Shown here in pieces: positions 55,082-64,000 of a DNA stretch of 64,000 bases. Both the position numbers and the translations under genes were made by a program. This stretch comes from Octopus sinensis (Eukaryota): contig NC_042998.1 of the NCBI RefSeq assembly GCF_006345805.1, positions 114,638,001 to 114,702,000 on the forward strand, written 5' to 3'. Positions within the stretch are counted from its first letter, which is position 1. Each line of letters starts with the position of its first letter. The notes below the pieces were generated by a model. That model ran no database searches. It was not told the DNA's origin and saw only the letters and a program-made list of their open reading frames with translations.

Positions 55082-55745
55082 AGATGTGCGTGTATGCATA
55101 TGTGTGTGTAAGTATTAATTTGTATATGTATATCTGTTTGGTGGGATAGATTGGAAATCAGCAGGAATGCTTAGAAGGAAACGAGGATAATGAAGATGAG
55201 AAGAAAAATTTTAAAGAAGGTAAAAAATAAAGAGGAACAGAAGAATTAGCAAACAATAAACGAGAAACAAATACAAAACAAAAAGGACAAAACAAGACAG
55301 GATATAGGACTGACATCGATGACAACAAAAACAAACGAATAATCACACAACATCAATAACAGAATAGTAGAATGAATCAAAATGTAGATTGATTTATATA
55401 CACGTGAAATAAAGATGTTTGCTATAATACATGATACAGCGGCGTTTTTTTTCTTCTTCTTTGTAATTACGTATGATAACGGGTCAACTTTAAACAAGGA
55501 GGAAATCAGTGTGCATGTATGTATATATCTATGTATGCGTGTATGTATGTATGCACGTGTATAGACATGTATGTATATACATGTACATATATATGTATGT
55601 GTGCGTATATATATATAAATATACATATATAAATATATATATGTATATGTGTGCGTATATATTTATATATATGATTTTATGCATATAAATGTATATAAAT
55701 ACATGAACATAACTGTGTGTACATACACATGTATATATATACATG

Positions 55746-55778
<33 letters not shown>

Positions 55779-55843
55779 ATATATATATATATATGTATAT
55801 GTGTGCGTATATATATATATATATATATATGTATATGTGTGCG

Positions 55844-55874
<31 letters not shown>

Positions 55875-56654
55875 CTGTGTGTGTGTATGTATATATACAT
55901 TATGTACATATTTATATATAGGTGCATATATGTATATTTATACATATATACACGAAGCAAAAAAATACCAAAGGTAACAACGTGGTATACGTTTCCGGGG
56001 AAAACACAAAAACTCAGTTAATCAGTAGTTTTTATTTCGTTGAATTGGAAATGTAAATTGATGAAAAAAAAAGTATCGGACAAAATGGCGTTCTGTTTCT
56101 TTCTTTCACCACAATATTTCAGCGGTGTTTCCTCTCTGTTGAACATGTTATATTTAGGAGTGACGTCTGGTTTTATAAGGCATTATTCTTTATAATAGGA
56201 AACATATATCGTATTGGCATCATTGTAGTTGTTGGTATTGTTGTTGTTTAGCCCTAGTATCTAACCCTGTAAATTTGAAGGGTGATTAATAGAGTTCAGT
56301 ACATAACCATATTATCTATTTAGGATTATATAAGAATATATTATCTCATGATATGAGAAAGCCTTCCGGGGATGCCTTTTGTGTAAATTACATATACGTA
56401 TGTGAGGAGTAATTTATTTAAAGTAGCTTGTGTAAAATTTATTTAATTTGAAATCCACCCGTTAAATAGAAAAATAAGACTTCATTGTTATACTTATAAC
56501 TTGAATGGGTGTATGCAGCGTGAAGGCGTTTGACCTCTTGAATTTGACGTCACTCCTCACTGCATTTTCCCCTTAAAATTAGTATACTGAAGTCATCTGC
56601 CTTTCGTTTGTGATCAGAATTATCCTAATTGTCAGATAAATATATTTTCATTCC

Positions 56655-56790
56655 AGGTGTAATGTGATAAAATGTTCTGCCCACTCACTATATTAACCAC
56701 ATTGATCACCCATATGTATTAGTCTACTGTATTCTTTCTTTACAGTTGCGTTTCATATGCGGATGATATGAAAACTTTTATTAGCAGGTC
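56655..56790 (+). pseudogene. Possible ancient LINE RT remnant
   Basis: YADDMKLF is encoded at 56756-56779; upstream similarity is weak. Confidence 0.35.
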
Positions 56791-57454
56791 TTACGACCAG
56801 ATTAGCCTTCCTCATTATCTCATTTCTAGCGATCATGTTAGATTATCATAGATGGCAGTATGTTTCGTAATGAAAGAAATTAAGCTAAGTGAGGTAGATT
56901 CGTCAAAGTGCTTTCTATCACAGCGTTGCAGGCTTATGCATCAACAGAAGTCAAACGAAGTGAATAGTAGATAATATTGAATTGTGCAGAATATTTGGAA
57001 ATTTAGTTAGTAGGTATGTAGGTCAGATACGATTTAATGCTAAACCCCAACGCTAACGACAACGCTTTATTTACCATTTCAATCCCACCATTAACTTCTT
57101 CTGGGGTAGCATCCAAAAAAACGTGCTTTTTTGTGAGTCAGAAAGTATGATAACCATTTTCAAATCTTAACACTCCAGTGATCTCAAGACTCACGCATAA
57201 TACAATATTGGCCATTTGCTAATATTTAAGGCGACCAGTAATGTCATAAATCTCACCGGTTTTGAAGAACCAGCAGCGGCCAATGCGGCTGCCCTTCCCT
57301 TCTGATATTTAAGAATACAGGAATCGTTTATCCTGTAAGATCATATCTACATATGTACTTCGTAAAGAGAGACAGTAAATATAGGGTAAATACATTTAAT
57401 TTTGCTAATTATATCGATTAACCTCCCTGTTATACACACACACATATATATACA

Positions 57455-57967
57455 CTAGCAGTATCGCCCGGCGTTGCTCGGGTTTGTAAGGGAAATAACT
57501 ATATAAGCATTTTTAGAGAGTTACTTCCCTTATAGATACCAATTCGGGCTTTCTTAGCCATTTCTGTTTTGGTGTCTTCAAGCCATGAAGTCGTTGTTCT
57601 AAAAGAACGCTGGTCTCCTTGACAACGCTTTACGACGTTGATTTCCTTACACTCCCTTCCCCACAGTTTCACGAGGGAGGGAAGAAGGGGGAGAAGCAAA
57701 CAGGTGCAGGTGTGACCATGGACGCCAACTCCGCCGCCATCGACACACGAAAAATTATGCATTAAAATGGAATAAAAAATGATATTAAATTATTTTTAAA
57801 ATCGTAGACTCATCGTAGACGCGCGCTAATACTCAAACGGGCTCGATATGAATCACAACTATAAGATACACGAATTTGGTTAAACTGCACCGCAAAATGT
57901 GGGAGTAGTTAGGAATCTAAATCGAAGGGGACAGACACTCACACAACTACAGTTTTATATTTATAGA
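57455..57967 (-). mobile_element. Non-autonomous Helitron
   Basis: On the minus strand: A|TC 5' end at 57967, 3' CTAG|T at 57455, and a hairpin cccg-gcgttgct-cggg at 57467-57482, 8 nt from CTAG. Confidence 0.8.
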
Positions 57968-59051
57968 TATGTCGACATGTATGTACCAGCTTTCTCTAAG
58001 AAGCCTGTATGTATTCTGCAGCAGTTCTCCGGCAATACACACACAAACACACATAAAGGTTCGCGCGCACACATACACATGTGCGCATTAAACATATGCA
58101 TACAGTGCGTTTAAGAAGTCCATTTAGCATTTTTTATGCGAAAATAGAAATGTTATCTTTCTTGACTTATGACAATTCTCTTTATATGTAATTTAATATC
58201 CATCTATCAATCCATCCATGCATCCATGTATCCATTCATCTATCCGTCTCTCTCTTTCTCACTCTCTCTCTCTATATATATGTCTGTGTGTGTATGTATA
58301 TAGATACACAGACACAGGCACGCACCCACATACACACACGTGTATACAATTAAAATGAGGCACGTAAAAACATAAAAAATACATATGAAACGGACGTGGT
58401 AATTTAAATCCTTCATCAATTTTGACCCGATATCATCACAATTTCGACACCTTCCAGAAACAAACGCTGCAGGGGTAAAGGCGAGCAGACATAATCGACG
58501 GACAAGGAAATTAAAGCAATACAGGTTAACTAACAAGCAATTTTGAGGTCTGTAGATTCAATGGTAAAGAAAAACGAATTATGAGGAGAACAGGGAAGTA
58601 TATATATATAACTGAAACACAAAAAGGCAAAGACAATAGAAAATGTACAAAACGTCATAGATATATATTTGGCAAAATAAGAAGAGTTGTGCGAAGTAAC
58701 ACTTATCGACAAGATGGTGGTCATTTGGACTCGGAAGAAAGTGCAACAAAAATTTTAAAAATAGAATTAGACAAATGAGGAGGTTGAATTAATTTACAAT
58801 TCTTAGCCAAGTCATTTGCTAGAGATAGTACATGCCTTCTTCCTTTTTTTCCTGCTACTCATTCTTTATCCCGATTTGTCTAAGCTTTATAAGTTACTAC
58901 CTGCTCAAGGATGGTCCAATTGGCAAATATGAGAATTAATTGAAAGCCTGTGACGGTTGTCCATTGGGGAATATATGTCTCAGAGAAATCTGAAAACTAA
59001 CCCTATGGGTCTATATTAGTAGGGAAGTTTATCATATATATATTATATATA

Positions 59052-59271
59052 TGATTGGGTACTAAAAAGTTACCGGATTTGGGTGAAAGAAAATACAAGA
59101 TGAACAGTTAATTATGCTTTTATTTAACATATTCCCCTCTTATATTCACACAGTCATTGCAGTAGTTCTTCAGTTTTTCTAAGCCCTGTAAAAAAAAACT
59201 CGCAATATCGGGCCTCCAACCAGGCCTTTCACAGCACTCTAGAAGCCAGGAACTTTTCAACCTTACCCCCG
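59052..59271 (-). mobile_element. Mariner-derived MITE
   Basis: Imperfect TIRs (gggtactaaaaagttaccgg and ccaggaacttttcaaccttacccccg|TA). Contains a transposase C-terminus GLEKLKNYCNDCVNIRGEYVK*. Confidence 0.6.
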
Positions 59272-59282
59272 TATATATACAT

Positions 59283-59346
<64 letters not shown>

Positions 59347-59380
59347 ACACACACACACATTGTTATATATATATATATAT

Positions 59381-59731
59381 AACAATTGCAGCGTGGAAGG
59401 TGTTTATAAGCCATTTAAGAAACACACAAAAGCCGTTCGATTCACTTCAACATTTAAGTTTAATTTGTCAAAATATTTTCGTCGCTAAAATCCGCGACCC
59501 GTTCACTGACAAAGATCCGTGCTGCATCTCTGGTTTTGCTGATTTTTGTCAGTGAACAGGTCGCGATTCTAGCGAGGAAAATATTTTGACAAATTAAACT
59601 TAAATGTTGAAGTGAATCGAACGGCTTTTGTGTGTTTCTTAAATGGCTTATAAACACCTTCCACGCTGCAATTGTTTTCGTTTGCGCACACGATCTCAGA
59701 TCAAATTACTTGCTATGCGAGTACATTTCCG
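59381..59731. mobile_element. (TA)n-flanked repeat with ~136 bp inverted arms, each carrying a hammerhead-like motif
   Basis: 59381-59516 is the reverse complement of 59541-59676, around a ~25 nt spacer. The right part is homologous to 47393-47588. Confidence 0.85.
59545..59593 (+). ncRNA. Minimal type I hammerhead-like motif with core GUGAACA (G3:C8 swap)
   Basis: tttgtca-GTGAACA-g-gtcgc(gattcta)gcgag-GAA-AATATT-T-tgacaaa. A mirror copy on the minus strand at 59464-59513 has core GTGAACG and a perfect gtcgc/gcgac stem II. Confidence 0.5.
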
Positions 59732-59733
59732 TA

Positions 59734-59764
<31 letters not shown>

Positions 59765-60610
59765 TATATAAAAGGAAATGAAGAAAATGCTGACAAATAA
59801 TTGAAGTAATTTAAGTAATTTAATTAGGTGAAAGTTCTTTTTACCGGTTGCGCATTTGTTATGCTTATCAAAATATAAAAGAGAGATTAGAGTCTGTCTC
59901 TTATATGTGAAAAAAAGAGGCTCCAGAGTTGTTTTGGATTGCTTGGTTTCGCGCCTAAAATTTTGATTGGTCATTATGAAGGGGTCACGTGAATGTTTGA
60001 ATGGAGGTTGGTGTTGGGGTAAGAAAAAGGCTCCAGAGAAGTTTAAAATTTGGTAGTGTCCCGCCTAAAATTTCTTATTGGCCATAATAAAGAGGTCACG
60101 TGAATGTTTAGAATTTTCGAAAATAGTGTTGTTGAAAATTCTTATTGTTCAGGCTGGTCAGTAGACGTCATGTGGATATTTTAAATAGCTATTTAAAATA
60201 TCCACATGACGTCTACTGACCACCTGAACAATAAGAATTTCAAAACACTATTTCGAAAATTCTAAACATTCACGTGACCTCTTTATTATGGCCAATAAGA
60301 AATTTTAGGCGGGACACTAGCCAAATTTAACTTCTCTGGAGCCTTTTTTCTTACCCCAACACCAACTTCCATTCAAACATTCACGTGACCCCTTCATAAT
60401 GACCAATCAAAATTTTAGGCGCGAAACCAAGCAAATCCAAAACAACTCTGGAGCCTCTTTTTTTCACATATAAGAGACAGACTCTAATCTCTCTTTATAT
60501 TTTGATAAGCATAACAAATGCGCAACCGGTAAAAAGAACTTTCACCTAATTAAATTACTTAAATTACTTCAATTATTTGTCAGCATTTTCTTCATTTCCT
60601 TTTTTATATA
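59765..60610. repeat. ~845 bp spacerless palindrome (foldback-like element)
   Basis: Centre between 60188 and 60189 (aaatag|ctattt). Arms of ~420 bp differ by about a dozen changes, nearly all single-base indels. Confidence 0.9.
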
Positions 60611-60648
60611 TCACCACTCGTGTTCGTGCTTTTTTTAACTCCTTTTTT

Positions 60649-60736
<88 letters not shown>

Positions 60737-62109
60737 CATATATATATATCAAGATATATATATATGATGTATGAAAGTATCGCCGTATAAACATAAACAT
60801 ATATGAATGTGTGCATAGTCACATTCAAATACTCACCACGCGTACGCACACACACACACACCACACACACACACAAACACACATATGCAACCATATATAC
60901 ATTTAGAAACAGTATATTTTTACGCCTCCTTTTGCAAAGTTTAAAATAGTTGATTGTGTTTAAACTATGTAAGACCTATCTGATATTGAAAATAAACAAA
61001 TATGATTTCTTTATCATTTATTGAATATATTTTACAAGTAAAATTACACTAAGCTGTATTGATGAAACAATTACATCTTGTTGTAACGTCAACTTTCATT
61101 ATTCTATAGAATATCGCACAATTTCTTCTAAACTACTTAACCGTCACACTGTCGCCCTTTATCTTTGTGTCTCGTTTCTGTTTACTTTCTTGTTGATCTT
61201 AATATTTTAATTAATACTTTTGAATCATTGCTATTGTTAATAGTCTTTTTGTTGTTGTTATTGTTATCATCATATCATGATCATGATCATGATCATCATC
61301 ATTGTTGTTGTTGTTGTTGTTGTTGGGGGTGGTGGTGGTGGTGCTGCTGTAATCATTACTAGTCTGTTTGTTGTTGCTAATTCTATTATTGCAATCGTTA
61401 TTCCTGAATTTACTGTTGCTATCATCATCATCATCATCATTGAAATTATCAATTACTATACTTATTGTTGCTGTTTGTTTTTTCTTTTTTTTTTTGTTTT
61501 GTCATTGACGTTGCTGTTCTTGTTGCTGTTATTGTTGATTGCGACTAAATACAATTCCGGATAATTTTACATTAAAGGAAAATTTTACCTGTGTTTTGTT
61601 GGTGACAATGTTTTGTTCATCTTAATCTCATTTTTCAGTTGTTTATTTTTTTCGACATTCTGTCTTTCGATATCTTGGTAAATTTAAATATGTACGTTGA
61701 ATTTATTTTCAAATAGTATTGTTTTGTTTAGATATGTATTATAGATTTGTTCTCTAAATGTCTACTTTGAGTTAAGTCAAAGAATTAGGTCAGATCTCGT
61801 TGACTTCTTACTTTCTACGTCAACATTGTTATTTAACCCAATATAAATGCTTAAATATAAACATTGCAGTTACTAAATAATGAAAGATTTCATTCAATTT
61901 GTTCACGATTTCATAAATAGCTCAAAGCTGTTGTGTTTTTTTCCATGACAGGAAACAATTAATAAGGTTCAAGATATAACATCGTCGAGACAACAGCAAC
62001 ACAACAACAGCAGCAGCAACAATAGCAGCAGTGCCACCACCACCACCAACAACAACAACAGCAGTAGCAACAAGAACAACCATACTTTCTGGTTTTGACA
62101 TAAGATCAG

Positions 62110-62300
62110 CGATTTTTCGGGAGAGGAGACTAATTGGATTTTGTAGATGCTAATATATACTTTTTACTTTATTTTATCGCACCCAGACAAAGTCGACCTT
62201 GGTGAGATTTGAACTCATAATGTGAAGAACTGGAACAAATAACACGAAGCACTTTTCCCTGACGCTCTAACGATTCTTAAAATTAACTGCTCTGAATAAT
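62110..62300 (-). mobile_element. Degenerate SINE family B
   Basis: caaagtcgaccttggtgagatttgaactca...ctaacgattct. Confidence 0.6.
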
Positions 62301-62355
62301 AATTATTTCTGATTTCGATACTATTTCATTTAATTACTTGACTGGTACATTATTA

Positions 62356-62708
62356 GTGAAGGCGCATGGCTCAGTGGCTAGAGCGTCAAGCTTACGATCG
62401 TGAGGTTGTGAGCTCGAATCCCGGACCGGGCTGCGTGTTGTGTTCTTGAGCAAGACACTTTATTTCACGTTGCTCCAGTTAACTCAGCTGTAGAAATGAG
62501 TTGCGATGTCACGGGTGCCAAGCTGTATCGTCCTTTGCCTTTCCCTTGGATAACACTGGTAGCGTGGAGAGGAGAGGCCGGTATGCATGGGCAACTGCTG
62601 GTCTTCCATAAACCACCTTGTCCAGACTTGTGACTAGGAGGGTAACTTTCTAGTTGCAATCCCATGGTCAGTGTCGTGACTGAAGGGGGTCCCGACCCGA
62701 CCCGACCG
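62356..62708 (+). mobile_element. tRNA-derived SINE family D
   Basis: A box TGGCTCAGTGG, B box GCTCGAATCC, central gtgttgtgttcttgagcaagacac...ttgctccagt segment, (CCCGA)n tail, possible ACATTAT TSD. Confidence 0.85.
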
Positions 62709-63049
62709 ACATTATCTTATAAACTCTACAAGGACGAACGTAAAGAAGCCAAATAATGCAGGGCATATCTTCCGACGCCCTAAAGAAAATATAAACTAAA
62801 AATAAAATTCATTACTATTCAAGGTTTAATGAACTACGTCCAAAAATATATCAACTAGCAGATTAACTGGGCCAGTAAGCACTACATACAACTAGGTATT
62901 ATCAGAAGCGACATGACCTAGATGGAAATACTACTATTTCTAAATATTACTAAATAATACTAAATATTTTCAGAAATTTTGTCATAGCCTGAATCTGTGT
63001 GTGGGACATTTTAAATGCGCCGCATTTGCTACATAAGATAAGTAATTAC

Positions 63050-63620
63050 ATTGAAATTCAGGATGTTAATTTAAATACAGTCACTGAAATATAGAATTGA
63101 ATCTGAAATACTATATGAATACCTGGAAATAAGTGAACCTGATATAACAGACATGAAGGAGAAAATTAGAAAAAAAAGTTATGTAAGATAAGTTCATGGG
63201 TAAAAATGGAATAGCCACACCTGTCGTTCAGTGTTTAACGTAATTAATTGGTTATAAGGAGAACATACTTTACTAGCAAAGAAGTAAGGTCGTGATAAAT
63301 ATAGAAAGCCTCTACAAACTGGCAACAATATAACTATGAAAACACTTAGAAACAATCAAAGCGAAACTGGTTACTCTTAGAATGATATATGAAGACTGTA
63401 ACATAGCTTCTCTTTATGTAAATAAAAAGAAAATTAAATTAGGAACGGGACGAACTGAGCTGTTGGGTAGGATTAAGAAAATCCTTTAGGCAAGGAAAGA
63501 AGAACAAACGACAAAAATGAAGACGACATGCTACATTAAACTGACAGAAAAGTGGAGTGAAAAACCATTCCATGGCCCATGCCACGAGATGGAAAAAATT
63601 GAGAAAAGCTAACTATTGCT
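63050..63620 (+). mobile_element. Heavily decayed R4/Dong-like RT C-terminal fragment
   Basis: YEYLEISE...MKEKIRK and KWSEKPFHG motifs, with many stops. Confidence 0.5.
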
Positions 63621-63714
63621 CAAAAGCTATATACTTAATGTATAAAAATGGCCTGTTTTAGCTGAATGGCAATAATGCCTAACTATGAGCAACTGCAAAT
63701 AAAATAATGGTTTC

Positions 63715-63915
63715 AATTTTTGACACAATGCGAGCAGTTTTGGAGGACGAGGTAAGTCGATTACATCGACCATTGCTCAACTGGTTCCCTATTTAATCGA
63801 CCACGAAAAGGGATGAAAGGGAAAGTCGACCTTGGCGGAATTTTAACTCAAAGCGTAAGGACGCATTAAACACCGCTAAGCATTTTGCCTGGCGGACGAA
63901 CGATTATGCCAGCGG
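63715..63915 (-). mobile_element. SINE family B
   Basis: gtcgattacatcgacc...ctcaactgg...gggatgaaagggaaagtcgaccttggcggaatttt...accgctaagcattttgcctggc. Confidence 0.8.
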
Positions 63916-64000
63916 TAAGCACGGCATCTAAACTTTTAACAGTCTGGTTGTTGCCAGGTCTGATTATAGCTACAGATGCGATCAATTTGGGTTATATGCC

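Noticed and set aside
56655-56790. Strong-looking splice acceptors (ttttcattccAG, ttctttctttacAG) as host exons
   Set aside because: No convincing downstream donor or ORF; the YADD motif is better explained as a LINE remnant.

Overview
AT-rich, microsatellite-saturated eukaryotic DNA that looks intergenic or intronic. The repeat landscape suggests an octopod cephalopod (inference from pattern recognition, not a database hit). I found no intact host gene, rRNA, true tRNA gene or CRISPR array, and almost all ORFs in the supplied track are translations of microsatellites or transposon debris. The window is a patchwork of: several tRNA-derived SINE families; decayed R4/Dong-clade non-LTR retrotransposons tied to (AAT)n arrays; a Penelope-like (PLE) reverse-transcriptase fragment; at least seven Tc1/mariner remnants; Helitron-type elements; and an ~845 bp spacerless palindrome. 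The most interesting signal is a set of short non-coding repeats, mostly lodged in (TA)n tracts, that carry hammerhead-ribozyme architecture. These are one canonical type I hammerhead (37077-37159, minus strand), a candidate G3:C8 core-swap variant (59464-59593), a candidate A6U variant (29054-29095), and a two-copy covarying structure with hammerhead motifs in a non-canonical order (14221-14277 and 27807-27863). All folds and alignments were done by eye, and none of the ribozyme calls has been tested.
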